A stretch of 64,000 nt of DNA, taken from Oligoflexus sp. GTDB taxonomy: Bacteria > Bdellovibrionota_B > Oligoflexia > Oligoflexales > Oligoflexaceae. The position numbers and the translations under genes were made by a program. How positions within the stretch are numbered: position 1 is the first letter of the stretch; the number at the start of each line of letters is the position of its first letter. The DNA is taken from assembly GCA_041736305.1 (NCBI GenBank), contig JBGSTX010000229.1:1-64000 (forward strand), in the 5' to 3' direction. The notes beneath the pieces are model-generated. The model was not told where the DNA came from. It searched no databases and saw only the letters and a list, made by a program, of their open reading frames with translations. Shown here piece after piece: positions 1 to 10,082 of the stretch.

Positions 1-222
1 CCCCTTTACGCTCCCGATGCGGCTGAGCGTATGACCGCGATTAACGCAGCTATCGAAGCTGCATATCAAACCCAGAAAGATAAAGGCACTTCAGTAACTC
101 TAGCCAGCGGCGTCAAAGACTGGCAGATCAAGCCCGAAGAACTTTCCTTCGACTGCTTCCATCCTAGCCAGAAAGGTCAAGAAACTTTGGGAGGATTGAT
201 TAAAGCAGCTTTAAGCGAATGA
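1..222 (+). CDS. SGNH/GDSL hydrolase, C-terminal part (runs off the window edge)
   Basis: The frame is open back to base 1. The C-terminal DCFHPSQKGQ matches the block V DxxHP motif of SGNH hydrolases. Confidence 0.65.
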   Translation, partial: PLYAPDAAERMTAINAAIEAAYQTQKDKGTSVTLASGVKDWQIKPEELSFDCFHPSQKGQETLGGLIKAALSE

Positions 223-223
223 G

Positions 224-631
224 ATGCTAATTGAGCTCTTTTGGGTGCCTTCGTTTAGCCAGTCTCTGGAAAGAATAAACTGGCTAGACCTTGGACAGCT
301 GCCGTGGAATATGATGGGTACTGCGCTGCAATTCGCCATGATTATTGGAATCTTATTTGGTCTTGAAACTGCTTACTGGACGGCAGGAAGATCCTCTTCC
401 AATGACATGATAGATACGGTGGAGTTAGAGAAAAATGACGAATCTAAAGGCTCATCTGGGTTTTATATTGGCTCTCACGTCGTCTTGCCAGCAGAAAACG
501 TCATCCGAAGCGCTGCAGTCCGCGTCCGATTCGGGCCTGAAACAGCTGGCGCAAGTGGTATTTCAGGACCATATGAAGACCAGCGATGGAGTGAACTTCG
601 ATATAGACGCAGACCAGCTCGTAATCGATGA
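224..631 (+). CDS. possible small membrane protein (doubtful)
   Basis: Starts 1 nt after the upstream stop and has one hydrophobic segment (ALQFAMIIGILFGL). Its 3' half overlaps the 435..1502 ORF by about 200 nt. Confidence 0.25.
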   Translation: MLIELFWVPSFSQSLERINWLDLGQLPWNMMGTALQFAMIIGILFGLETAYWTAGRSSSNDMIDTVELEKNDESKGSSGFYIGSHVVLPAENVIRSAAVRVRFGPETAGASGISGPYEDQRWSELRYRRRPARNR

Positions 632-1502
632 GAAGGTGAAAAGCGCGGAAACCAACCTCTATCGTGGAATGTCCAGCCCGCAGAAGTCGGTGGCCGACGT
701 GGTGAAGATGCTAGCTCTCCTCTCTCCCGCTGACTATATACCTTCCTGGAGAATGTCGAATCTGAAGTCGCTTAGACCGGAGCTTTCTTGGCAAGAGATC
801 GCGTCATTGATGGATCAGGACTACGCGTTTTGGAGCGGAACAGGAAACGCCTTCAAAAAGCCTATGATCGAATTAATCGCTGACGCCCATACCGGTGGGC
901 CGGAAGCCTTATACCCCATGGCAAGCGCGATGACCGCGGTGAGCTTTCGAGGGCTAGAGAGCAGATTTCCACAGCAGGTAAAGTCCGCCATCGAAGCCCA
1001 GAGAGGCTTCCCTGCTGACCATATTGAAGAAGGTCAAGATAAGGCTTTTTTCTTTTTCGACCCCGTAATGTCGTTTTCGCTGCTTTATAGTGTGGCTGAG
1101 ATCTTCGCAAAAACGGACGATAGCTATATCATCAAGATGAACGATGTTAATCAAAGGCGTTGTAGGGAAGCTAGCCTGAAGCGATCTGGCTGCATCACTT
1201 TTAGCTACGAATTTGCAGACGAAGCCGAGATTGGAATTTTCGGGTATGTTGATCAGGCCGAAGTTCAAGCACTCATGAAGGGTCGTAGCCTGCTTTCAAA
1301 GGGCACGAAGAAGGGCGAGATCCTCTTAATCAACCGCGACAAATCAGAGTTCTCGGAAGTCATCCAGAGCAAAGCGGATGGTACTTGTCCAGATGGCTAC
1401 ACAGGGATTGAGACCAGAAAAGATGATATTGAGAAGCTCATCTCAGACGGGCTCCGCGCCTCCGGCTTTACTTGTGCGAGTGGAGCTCAGAGTATTTTCT
1501 GA
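435..1502 (+). CDS. hypothetical lipoprotein
   Basis: GGAG upstream; signal peptide with lipobox-like LTSSC; 355 aa; no family recognised. Confidence 0.7.
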   Translation: MTNLKAHLGFILALTSSCQQKTSSEALQSASDSGLKQLAQVVFQDHMKTSDGVNFDIDADQLVIDEKVKSAETNLYRGMSSPQKSVADVVKMLALLSPADYIPSWRMSNLKSLRPELSWQEIASLMDQDYAFWSGTGNAFKKPMIELIADAHTGGPEALYPMASAMTAVSFRGLESRFPQQVKSAIEAQRGFPADHIEEGQDKAFFFFDPVMSFSLLYSVAEIFAKTDDSYIIKMNDVNQRRCREASLKRSGCITFSYEFADEAEIGIFGYVDQAEVQALMKGRSLLSKGTKKGEILLINRDKSEFSEVIQSKADGTCPDGYTGIETRKDDIEKLISDGLRASGFTCASGAQSIF

Positions 1503-1540
1503 GAGGCCAGCCAAGGTCATCCGCCCCTAAATTTACTGCC

Positions 1541-1735
1541 TTAGGGGGCAGGCGCCTGGACGCCGGCAGCGGGGTTCATGCCTGGATTCTTTTTCGCTTC
1601 TTCCATCAACTGATAGCGCCGACCGGCGACTGCAAAAAACACCATGATCATACCGAAGATGGTAGCAAGTGCAAAAACGATCGTATAGCGTTTCAACTGC
1701 TGCTGCGAGATCTGAGATTTAGGTCGATTCGTCAC
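1541..1735 (-). CDS. small single-pass membrane protein
   Basis: GTG start overlaps the end of rsmI. Basic N-terminus followed by TM segment YTIVFALATIFGMIMVFFAVA. Confidence 0.55.
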   Translation of the reverse strand: MTNRPKSQISQQQLKRYTIVFALATIFGMIMVFFAVAGRRYQLMEEAKKNPGMNPAAGVQAPAP

Positions 1736-2630
1736 GGAGAGTTTCCTTTGCTTGGAGCAGGAGTTGATAAAGCTCAGCGCGCGACAGTCCTCTATCACGC
1801 ATAGCCTGCAAGAGATCTTTCAGAGTCGCTCCTCTTTGAAATGACTCGAGAGCCTCTCGTCCAAGCTGCGTCCGCAAATCTTCAACGCGCTGAGCATCGA
1901 ATTTCGCCTCCTTCGGAATATGAAGCATGACGCTTGCTTCACCCTTCAAGAACTCATGGTCATTGCACCAGGCTTTTGCACCCTGAATATCAGTGCTGAT
2001 AATCTCTTCATGGAGTTTGGTCAACTCGCGCCCCACGACCAGGACTGCATGCGGATAGAATTCCTCGATCTGCGCCAGCGTCTGCTTGAGCCGGCGAGGC
2101 GACTCGTAAAAGACTATGGATGCTTCAAAATCGATCCAGCTCTTAATCTCTTTGACTAGCGCACTGCGCTTATTCGGTAAGAAGCCGATGAAGAGGAGGC
2201 GGTCGCTCGGTAAGCCCGAGGCTGACACCAGCGCAGTCAATGCACTGGGCCCCGGTATCGGATGCACCGGAATTCCCGCCCTTCGTGCCTCACGCACGAG
2301 CCTAAACCCAGGATCCGAAATGCAAGGAGTACCGGCATCGGAAATCAGAGCCAGCGAAAGATTTTCCCGCTGCAGCCGTTCGACGAGCTGGGGGGCCTTC
2401 TCCTGCTCGACCTGATCGTAGTAGCTGACGATCTCTATCCGCTCGCGCCCGATCTGCTGCAGCAGCATCCGGGCTCGTCGAGTATCCTCGGCTGCAATCA
2501 AGTCGACATTTTTCAAGATCCGAATGGCACGGAGAGTGATATCGTCCAAATTGCCTATAGGCGTAGCTACCACGTAGATTGCACTAGCTTTGGCTTTAGA
2601 CTGCGTAATGTTTTCGAGAGATGGGTCCAT
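1719..2630 (-). CDS. rsmI: 16S rRNA (cytidine1402-2'-O)-methyltransferase
   Basis: Motifs YVVATPIGNLDDITLRA, AAEDTR, SDAGTPCISDPG, FYESPRR and RELTKLHEE. Confidence 0.95.
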   Translation of the reverse strand: MDPSLENITQSKAKASAIYVVATPIGNLDDITLRAIRILKNVDLIAAEDTRRARMLLQQIGRERIEIVSYYDQVEQEKAPQLVERLQRENLSLALISDAGTPCISDPGFRLVREARRAGIPVHPIPGPSALTALVSASGLPSDRLLFIGFLPNKRSALVKEIKSWIDFEASIVFYESPRRLKQTLAQIEEFYPHAVLVVGRELTKLHEEIISTDIQGAKAWCNDHEFLKGEASVMLHIPKEAKFDAQRVEDLRTQLGREALESFQRGATLKDLLQAMRDRGLSRAELYQLLLQAKETLRDEST

Positions 2631-2787
2631 AGTTCCTCGGCGCCTGAGACAGGGTTTTTTACCTCAAGGTGGCCGAACTTGCAAAAAAACTTCGTCAGTC
2701 AGTCTTGATGGGTAAAAACGGCCAGCTCCTGGAAATTGCACTCAAGCGAGCTGGAGTATAGAATTCAACAGATCTTTCGCCGGGGTA

Positions 2788-3126
2788 TTGCTTATGGACA
2801 TTTTGAATTCATGGTTAGATGCTGGCAAAAAGTTAGCCCAAAATGCCATAAAGGACAAAATTGATGCCGCCTCTGTGCTCTCAGGACAGATGCTACTCCA
2901 GATTTTGAAAGATACCTTTCTGGCGCTCCCGCCCGAACGGCGTCAGCAGCTCTTCAGCGATCTGCAAGCCATGATGAGTCAGCTTCAAGGCTCACCAAAA
3001 GAGCCACCCCTTTCCTTGCTCCAAGAGTTAGCTAGTCATCCCGTGATAAAAGAAATGGCGGGCCAAGTCACTCAGCGCCTCCTCAAGACTATTATCAACC
3101 GCAGTGGCAACAGTAGTGGGGGCTGA
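2788..3126 (+). CDS. hypothetical helical protein
   Basis: 112-aa ORF divergent from rsmI and co-directional with the downstream genes. The ATG at 2794 is an alternative start. Confidence 0.6.
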   Translation: MLMDILNSWLDAGKKLAQNAIKDKIDAASVLSGQMLLQILKDTFLALPPERRQQLFSDLQAMMSQLQGSPKEPPLSLLQELASHPVIKEMAGQVTQRLLKTIINRSGNSSGG

Positions 3127-3152
3127 GTTTTTTGTAAATTAAGGAGAAATTT

Positions 3153-3704
3153 ATGGGACTATTCGATTTCATTAAAGACCTAGGACCAGGTGGAGATCAG
3201 GACGAGCAGAAGCTTGAGGCTACCCTGCGCGCAGATATTCAAAAAGCGCAGCTTGGAATAGAGAACTTTCAGATCAAACTCGACAAAGGTCTGGCCGTAA
3301 TCTCCGGCAAGGCCGCAACGCCCAAAGACCTTGAGATCGCTCGCCTCATCGTCGGCAATCATAAGGGTGTGAACAAGGTACAAGACGATGGGCTGCTGCT
3401 CGCACCGCCTCCTACCCCAACGGCTACTGTATCTGCACCTCTGGCGCCTTTAGCAGGAGCGGCCGCGCCCTTTGCTGGAATTCCCTACGCACCAGCCGAG
3501 ATGGTTACAGTCAAAAGCGGCGATACTCTCTCGAAAATTGCGCAGAACTATTTGGGTGATTCCCAACGTTTCCGGGAGATTTTCGAAGCCAATCGGCCAA
3601 TGCTCAACGATCCGGACGAGATCTATCCAGGTCAGGTCATCCGCATTCCCGTGGAAATGATCGCCAAAGGCCACTCCCAAGCTAGCGGTCTGCACCGCAC
3701 TTGA
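3153..3704 (+). CDS. BON + LysM protein (Kbp/YgaU-like)
   Basis: AAGGAG RBS; MGLFDFIK N-terminus; BON end GNHKGVNKVQD; Pro/Ala linker; LysM VTVKSGDTLSKIA...IFEANRPMLNDPDEIYPGQVIRIP. Confidence 0.88.
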   Translation: MGLFDFIKDLGPGGDQDEQKLEATLRADIQKAQLGIENFQIKLDKGLAVISGKAATPKDLEIARLIVGNHKGVNKVQDDGLLLAPPPTPTATVSAPLAPLAGAAAPFAGIPYAPAEMVTVKSGDTLSKIAQNYLGDSQRFREIFEANRPMLNDPDEIYPGQVIRIPVEMIAKGHSQASGLHRT

Positions 3705-3779
3705 GTCATGAAGCGTTGACGGCGGCATTTTCTTGAGCGAGTCTCATTCGCGTGTCCCACGGCTTTCCAAGGACTAACG

Positions 3780-5312
3780 ATGATTGAGACCAGGTTCACG
3801 CTGAGCGAACTCATAGATTTTGAAACGCAGCTAGCGCGCGATGCAGAGCGCAGTTATGCGGAGCTTGAAGAGCGCGATCGAACCCTGGGATCTCGACTGG
3901 GCAACTCTACTAGCTCCGCCCGAACCCAGCTCAAGGGCTGGCTTGAACTCTTAAGAAACGAAACGACCGAAGTCTGGCCTGGTGCTCCCTGGCAAAATTA
4001 TCTTTCTCTTCTCAACTGGGGCCTCGGCCTGAGTGGTCTCATCATGGCTATCGTGAGCGTGCGAGCCCTCCTTGCTTACGACGGGTCAAGTCCGGTCAAT
4101 ATCGTCCCCTTTCTCAGCCTATACGTCCTTCTACAGCTGCTCCTGCTCTTCTTGTTTTTCAGCAAATCGGCTCTTATGAAGCTCTTTCGGCCACATGTTC
4201 CGCCATTCTCTTGGCTTGGGCTGCGGCTTATGAGATGGCTTGAGCAGAGAGTTTTGCACAGAATGCCGCTTCGATCCGGCACCAGCGTGCGAACTCTCGA
4301 ACTCAGTCTCCATCGCTTCCATCGCCTGCACAACGATCTTCTCTATATCCTTAGCTTGCGCACCACGCAGATCTTTGGCCTCAGCTTTTTCATCGGCTCG
4401 CTCCTGACCCTCGTCTATCTCATTTCAATTCACGATTATGCTTTTGCCTGGAGCACGACTCTCAAGATAGATGCTGCTGGCTTTCATCGCTGGATCTCTA
4501 TCATAGCCTGGCCCTTCGCCTGGATAGATCCAAGCCTCGTACCCTCTCAGACTGTGATTGAGGGTACCAACTACGTTCGCCTCGAAGGCCGCTATCTCGG
4601 TAGCGCGATCGGGCAGCGTGCAAGCGATCTCGAACTCACGCGGGCCTGGTGGCCCTTCCTCAGCTTGTGCATTGCGAGCTATGGAATACTACCTCGCTTG
4701 GCACTTTTTCTCTGGGCAGACTACGCTAGCCGTCGCTATCTTAAGCGCTGGCCATACTCCGACCAGGCAAGCAATGCGCTTCGCCAACGACTCTTAGGGG
4801 CGGCTCATGCGTGGAAAACGGGTGAATCCATCGCCGAGCTGCTAGCTCCTATCCCTCCCCCAAGCACTTCCCCCATAAATTACGCAGGCGGAGCTCGCTG
4901 CATCCTAGTTCGTTGGTTTGATCCGCCCTATTCTTTCGAAGCGATCAAAATCTTCCTTACCCGCGCTCACCCTTGGACCATCGATGCCGAAATAGATTCC
5001 CGCGGAACCGAGAAAGCCAGCTCAGAAGTCCTCAAGGCGCTCGCCCAGCCTCTCAAAGCCAACGAAGCTCGCGTCGTCATCACGATCCATGATCCCTGGG
5101 AACTTCCCGGTGAAGCCTTCACGAGCTTTATTAAAGCGCTTCGTCGCACCGAAGGCCGAGATTTCCAAGTCTACTGCGCACCGGTGCATGCCCAGAGCGA
5201 GCAGCTCATAGGGCCCGCTGACCCGGCAACTCTCAAGCTTTGGCGACAGGCACTGGGCGCATTACGCGATCCCTACGTCGGGCTCCTCTTTGATCAAGGA
5301 GAATATCGGTGA
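3780..5312 (+). CDS. DUF2868-like multi-pass membrane protein
   Basis: Several TM segments; motifs PVNI, FAWSTTL, WWPFL and YGILPRL; coupled to the downstream GTPase. Confidence 0.7.
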   Translation: MIETRFTLSELIDFETQLARDAERSYAELEERDRTLGSRLGNSTSSARTQLKGWLELLRNETTEVWPGAPWQNYLSLLNWGLGLSGLIMAIVSVRALLAYDGSSPVNIVPFLSLYVLLQLLLLFLFFSKSALMKLFRPHVPPFSWLGLRLMRWLEQRVLHRMPLRSGTSVRTLELSLHRFHRLHNDLLYILSLRTTQIFGLSFFIGSLLTLVYLISIHDYAFAWSTTLKIDAAGFHRWISIIAWPFAWIDPSLVPSQTVIEGTNYVRLEGRYLGSAIGQRASDLELTRAWWPFLSLCIASYGILPRLALFLWADYASRRYLKRWPYSDQASNALRQRLLGAAHAWKTGESIAELLAPIPPPSTSPINYAGGARCILVRWFDPPYSFEAIKIFLTRAHPWTIDAEIDSRGTEKASSEVLKALAQPLKANEARVVITIHDPWELPGEAFTSFIKALRRTEGRDFQVYCAPVHAQSEQLIGPADPATLKLWRQALGALRDPYVGLLFDQGEYR

Positions 5313-6727
5313 TCCCTGTCTTTGCCGTCGTCGGACGCTCTAATAAAGGCAAATCGAGCATCGTCGCCACGCTTACCGAAAACGATCAGGTCGCTATTGC
5401 ACCTACGCCGCGCACGACTCAAGCCTGTCAAACCTTCACCTTTACGCTCGATGGCGAAGCACTTTTGACGATAGTCGATACGCCAGGTTTCGAAGAAGCA
5501 CCAGCTGTACTCGAGTGGCTCAAATCAGCCGAAATTCCCGCCCACCAGCGGCCTGAGCGCGTCCGGCAGTTTCTACGGGAGTTTGCCCAGAGCTCGCGTT
5601 TTCGCTTCGAGCGCGAGCTACTGCAACCCATCATGAATGGAGCTGCCGTCCTCTACGTGATCGATGCAAGTCATCCCTATCGACCCAACTACGAAGCCGA
5701 GTTTGAAATCCTGCTATGGACCGGCCAGCCTTCTATGGCTCTCATCAATCAGATAGGCCCAGAGAATCACCTGCAGGATTGGCGTCACGCGCTCAATCAG
5801 TACTTCAAGCTCGTCCGCATCTTCAATGCACATCAATCAAACTTCGCTGAGCGGATCAAACTCTTCGAGGAAATGCAGGTTATTCATGAAGCTTATAGGC
5901 CGGCTTTACAAAAGGCGATCAGATCACTCCAGATCAATGCCTCGCGGCGGCTCGAAGCGAGCGCACGGAGTATCGCCTCCTTGATCGCCGAAGTGATCAC
6001 CTTTCAGCTCCGGGTAAAATCCAAAGAGCGGCCGCCGACAGATGAGGAAAAGACCCAACTCGTGGCGCGTTTTCACGACGAGCTGCGAGATCTAGAAAAA
6101 GAGAGCCGGCAGCAAATTCTCCTCCTTTTCAACTATCAACGTCTGCAGACCGAAGAAGGAGACTTGCAAAAGCCGGTCTTCGATCAGGATCTTTTCAGTC
6201 GCGAGACCTGGGAGGTGCTCGGTCTCAATCGCGCTCAGCTCGTACTGCTCGGGACCGCCGCTGGCGCGCTCGCCGGTGGCAGCCTCGATGCTATGGTCGG
6301 GCATGCTTCTATGCTGATCGGTACAGGACTCGGTGCTATCATCGGCGGAGTGAGTTCCACTTATTTTGCCCTTACCGACCCCGAGGTCGCTGGTTTTAAG
6401 GTATCGCAGAAGCACTGGCTCATCGGTCCTTACCAAAATCAAAACCTCCCTTGGGTGCTGCTCGATCGCAGTTTGACCTTCGTTTCAGCCCTCTTCTTGC
6501 GCACTCACGCGCAGCAGAGCGCACTCCGCATCGACTCTAAAGACGAGAAGCAGGGGCCGAGCTCGCAATTCTCCTCCAGGCAGCTTCGGGCTTTCGCTTG
6601 GCAGTTTCGCAAAATCAAGTGGGGCCTGCAAACTGACAAAGCGATCACTGAGCTCTCGGTGCTCATCCGAGAGTACTTCGAAACTGATCAAGCTAGCTCG
6701 GGGGGGGGAATAAAGGGTGATACCTGA
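5309..6727 (+). CDS. GTPase with DUF3482-like C-terminal Gly-rich membrane hairpin
   Basis: G1 GRSNKGKSS, G2 PRTT, G3 DTPG, degenerate G4 INQI; C-terminal GTAAGALAGGSLD...GLGAIIGG. Confidence 0.78.
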   Translation: MIPVFAVVGRSNKGKSSIVATLTENDQVAIAPTPRTTQACQTFTFTLDGEALLTIVDTPGFEEAPAVLEWLKSAEIPAHQRPERVRQFLREFAQSSRFRFERELLQPIMNGAAVLYVIDASHPYRPNYEAEFEILLWTGQPSMALINQIGPENHLQDWRHALNQYFKLVRIFNAHQSNFAERIKLFEEMQVIHEAYRPALQKAIRSLQINASRRLEASARSIASLIAEVITFQLRVKSKERPPTDEEKTQLVARFHDELRDLEKESRQQILLLFNYQRLQTEEGDLQKPVFDQDLFSRETWEVLGLNRAQLVLLGTAAGALAGGSLDAMVGHASMLIGTGLGAIIGGVSSTYFALTDPEVAGFKVSQKHWLIGPYQNQNLPWVLLDRSLTFVSALFLRTHAQQSALRIDSKDEKQGPSSQFSSRQLRAFAWQFRKIKWGLQTDKAITELSVLIREYFETDQASSGGGIKGDT

Positions 6728-8891
6728 CGAGTCCCGAGACCTGCCCGCGCCGTTCACGCCGGAGAACGCCTGGCGCTACGATTATCCTCATGATGCTTGG
6801 CTTTACTGTGATGCAGCGGCTTATTTTAAGGCTTTTATTGCAGCAGCTGAGCAGGCCGTGTCGCATATCTATATTCTTGGCTGGGATATCCACACTGAGA
6901 CTAACCTAGCTCCTGATCTCGAACGCTCCTACTATCCGCGCCATTGGAGTCTCGACGCCTTCCTCCGACGACTCCTGGCCTCTAGGCCTCAGCTGCAGAT
7001 CTATCTGCTCAGCTGGGACTATTCTCCGGTTTTTTTCCTCGAGCGCGAGAAACTGCAGAGTCTTCGCTTCGCCTGGTTTCGTCACCCGCACATGCATTTC
7101 TTTCTCGACTCCCAGCATCCAATCGGTGGTTCACATCATCAAAAGCTGGTGATCGTTGACGATCAAATGGCTTTCATTGGGGGACTCGATCTTACGATCA
7201 GGCGCTGGGACAACTGTGAGCATCCCCCGCATCATCCGTGGCGCCGCGACCCTGATGGCGAGCCCTATGCGCCCTTTCACGACACTCAACTCGGCCTCGT
7301 GGGACTGAGCGCAAGCTCTCTGGGTGACATATTTCGCGAGCGCTGGCTGCGGGCGACGGGTCAGACCCTCAGTTTGCCCGAAGTTGAGCCCCGCCTCTGG
7401 CAAGAACCGGCACCCGAAGGGGCAGCTATCCGCTTTAGCAAGGCGCCCATCGCTCTCTCTCGCACCAGCCCGCTCTATCGCGACTACGAACCTGTGCAGG
7501 AAATCGTTCATCTCTATGAAGATTTACTGCGCAGTGCCCAGAAGCGGATACTAATAGAGAACCAATATCTGACGGCGCACAAGATCGTTGAAGTGATTAG
7601 TGATATCTGTCGCAAAGAAGTGGGACCCGAGATCGTCATTATACTCCCCGAACGTTCCGGGGGCTGGCTTGAGATACGAACTATGGGCCAGCTGCAGAAC
7701 TCAGCTCTGAGCAAAATCCTCGCTGCCGATACCTATAAGCGCGTGCGGATCTACTTTCCCTATAACCAGCAGGTGGCCCAGCAGAAAAAATACATTACTG
7801 TACATAGCAAGCTGATGCTTATCGATGACAGTTACCTCGTCGTCGGATCGGCCAACCTCAACAATAGATCAATGGGCCTCGATACCGAGTGTATGGTGAC
7901 CATCGACGCGCGCGAGGATCCCGAACTTCGCAAAGCGATTCTCCGCACCGCTGCCTTCATACTCGCCCACTTCTCCCACAGTAAAACCGAGGATGCCTAT
8001 GAGCAGCTGCTCCAAGGGCGTTCCATGGCGGAAATCATCGCTGGGCTCCAGAAAGTCCATCCGCAGCGGCACCTCGCCCAATTTCCACTAGCACCCAGTG
8101 ACGCTTCCCAGGTATCGTTAATCGATGAGGATCTCCTCGATATGGAAGCACCGGCACGAATCGAGATCGCCATGGATCGCTGGGCGAAAATGTCAGATGC
8201 AATCAATGGACGTCTAGGCGTTTCACCTCGCGTCCTAGCTCTGGTTCTGACCGGCCTCTTGGCCCTCGCTTTGGCAGCGATTTGGTCCATGACCCCTATG
8301 CGCGAATTTCTTAGCGAAGAAGCCCTGCAATCCCTCTTCGCTCGCTACGATGGAGATGAATCGCGGCGCTTTATCGTCATTCCGCTTATTTTTGCTATCG
8401 GAGGCCTCTGCTTTTTTCCGATCAATCTGCTGATTATCGTTACAGCGAGTCTCTTTCCCGTAGCTTGGGCGTTGAGCCTTATCGTCTTAGGGATTATCAG
8501 TAACGTCGCAGCGGTCTACGTCCTCGGACGCCTCGCGGGTCGCTATTTCTTTCGCCAGTTTTTTGGGAAGCGCACCCGAGCCATCCTGCATCGAATAGGC
8601 GATGGTCACTTCCTAGCCCTTGTCCTCCTTCGCATCGTACCGATTGCTCCTAGCTCGGTCGTGACTCTGGCGGCGGGAGCCGGGCGCATACCCTTCCTTC
8701 GCTTTCTGCTTGCGACTCTCTTGGGAATGGCGCCGGGAACTATTATGCTGGTCATGTTCCAAAAGAGCATCATTGATCTCTTCCGACAGCCATCCTGGGG
8801 AAGCGCCCTTCTTCTTATCGCCTTGACGCTGACTGCGGTTTTTATTTACCACTGGTCGCGCTTGCGCTTTAGCAACTATGGACGCGGATGA
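6717..8891 (+). CDS. phospholipase D (cardiolipin-synthase-like) fused to a VTT/DedA domain
   Basis: Two HKD motifs (HQKLVIVD, HSKLMLID) and GSANLNNRS; C-terminal TM region with LRIVPIAP. Confidence 0.9.
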   Translation: MIPDESRDLPAPFTPENAWRYDYPHDAWLYCDAAAYFKAFIAAAEQAVSHIYILGWDIHTETNLAPDLERSYYPRHWSLDAFLRRLLASRPQLQIYLLSWDYSPVFFLEREKLQSLRFAWFRHPHMHFFLDSQHPIGGSHHQKLVIVDDQMAFIGGLDLTIRRWDNCEHPPHHPWRRDPDGEPYAPFHDTQLGLVGLSASSLGDIFRERWLRATGQTLSLPEVEPRLWQEPAPEGAAIRFSKAPIALSRTSPLYRDYEPVQEIVHLYEDLLRSAQKRILIENQYLTAHKIVEVISDICRKEVGPEIVIILPERSGGWLEIRTMGQLQNSALSKILAADTYKRVRIYFPYNQQVAQQKKYITVHSKLMLIDDSYLVVGSANLNNRSMGLDTECMVTIDAREDPELRKAILRTAAFILAHFSHSKTEDAYEQLLQGRSMAEIIAGLQKVHPQRHLAQFPLAPSDASQVSLIDEDLLDMEAPARIEIAMDRWAKMSDAINGRLGVSPRVLALVLTGLLALALAAIWSMTPMREFLSEEALQSLFARYDGDESRRFIVIPLIFAIGGLCFFPINLLIIVTASLFPVAWALSLIVLGIISNVAAVYVLGRLAGRYFFRQFFGKRTRAILHRIGDGHFLALVLLRIVPIAPSSVVTLAAGAGRIPFLRFLLATLLGMAPGTIMLVMFQKSIIDLFRQPSWGSALLLIALTLTAVFIYHWSRLRFSNYGRG

Positions 8892-9631
8892 ATCCAAGAT
8901 CAAGCGAGATGCGCATCAAGCTGCTCAGCTATAATATTCATTGGGGGCTGAGTGCCTTTCGCAAGAAGGCAGTCGAAAATCGACTGGTAGAGACCATAAT
9001 TAGGGAAAAAAGCGACGTCGTTCTCCTCCAAGAGCTGTGGCTCCCGGACGATCTCGCTTTGCTCTCCATGCTCGATCACTTGCAGCAGGAATGGGCCCAC
9101 CGTATTTCAGGACCGACCGTCCAGTTTGCCAAAGGACTGCAGGGCAATGGCATGCTGAGCCGCTATCCTTTTCTGGATTGGTCTAATCAGCCGATCGTCT
9201 GTCCTAGTTCGCAGGCTAGGGCTATGCTGCACGCAACGCTACAGGTCAGTGAGAACAGCCGACTGGCCGTAATTTGCACGCATTTTGGCTTGACTCGCAA
9301 GGAACGAGAGTCACAGGCCAAGCAACTCTGCGACTATGTCGAAGAGAAAATTCCCCCGCAGTGGCCTCTGGTCATAGGCGGTGACTTCAATGACTGGCGC
9401 AGCGAACTCAGTCCTTACCTGCACCGCAGATTGGGCTTGCGAGAGGCTTTTCTCTCCACAAGTGGCTCCCATGCGCAGACATTTCCTGCCATCTTCCCTT
9501 TACTTCGATTGGATCGCGTCTACACCCGCAATGTCGAAATCATTCAGGCTCGCGTCGTTAAAGAGGCCGGTTGGCACGGCAGCTCCGATCATCTGCCGCT
9601 AGCGGTAGAGCTGCGCTTGTCAGAGACCTAG
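8888..9631 (+). CDS. endonuclease/exonuclease/phosphatase family protein (YbhP-like)
   Basis: Motifs LSYNIH, LLQE, GDFNDW, LDRVY and SDHLPL. Confidence 0.9.
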   Translation: MNPRSSEMRIKLLSYNIHWGLSAFRKKAVENRLVETIIREKSDVVLLQELWLPDDLALLSMLDHLQQEWAHRISGPTVQFAKGLQGNGMLSRYPFLDWSNQPIVCPSSQARAMLHATLQVSENSRLAVICTHFGLTRKERESQAKQLCDYVEEKIPPQWPLVIGGDFNDWRSELSPYLHRRLGLREAFLSTSGSHAQTFPAIFPLLRLDRVYTRNVEIIQARVVKEAGWHGSSDHLPLAVELRLSET

Positions 9632-10057
9632 CTGAGACACATCGTGAGGATTAGTTTGCGGCGCTCCTGCACCTACCCGAAGCTTAGCTTCAGCATCCTT
9701 GTCTTCCTTGCACTCGATACAGTATTTAGTGAAAGGAATCGCTTTGAGACGCGCGAAGGGTATCTCCATCTCACACTCGTCACAGTAGCCGAAGCGATCT
9801 TGGGAAATACGGGCTAAAGCCGCGTTCACGAGTGCGAGTTCAGCGCGTTCGCGCTTGATCAGGGCGATTTCCTTATCGTAGTCAGGGTCGCCCGAAATCA
9901 TATCAGCTGGATGATTAGTATCCAGCTGTGACTCGTTGCCACTCTCGGGGCTCAGCTGCTCTTTTAATACCTGCTCATTGCCGCTGATAATAGTCTGAAG
10001 GTCGTTTTTTCTTACGACGAGAATTTCACGAAGTTCGTCGAGTTGATGCTGTTCCAC
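9620..10057 (-). CDS. TraR/DksA C4 zinc-finger protein
   Basis: Coiled-coil followed by FGYCDECEMEIPFARLKAIPFTKYCIECK. Confidence 0.88.
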   Translation of the reverse strand: MEQHQLDELREILVVRKNDLQTIISGNEQVLKEQLSPESGNESQLDTNHPADMISGDPDYDKEIALIKRERAELALVNAALARISQDRFGYCDECEMEIPFARLKAIPFTKYCIECKEDKDAEAKLRVGAGAPQTNPHDVSQLGL

Positions 10058-10082
10058 TACCGTCCCCTTCTCGTTTTACATT

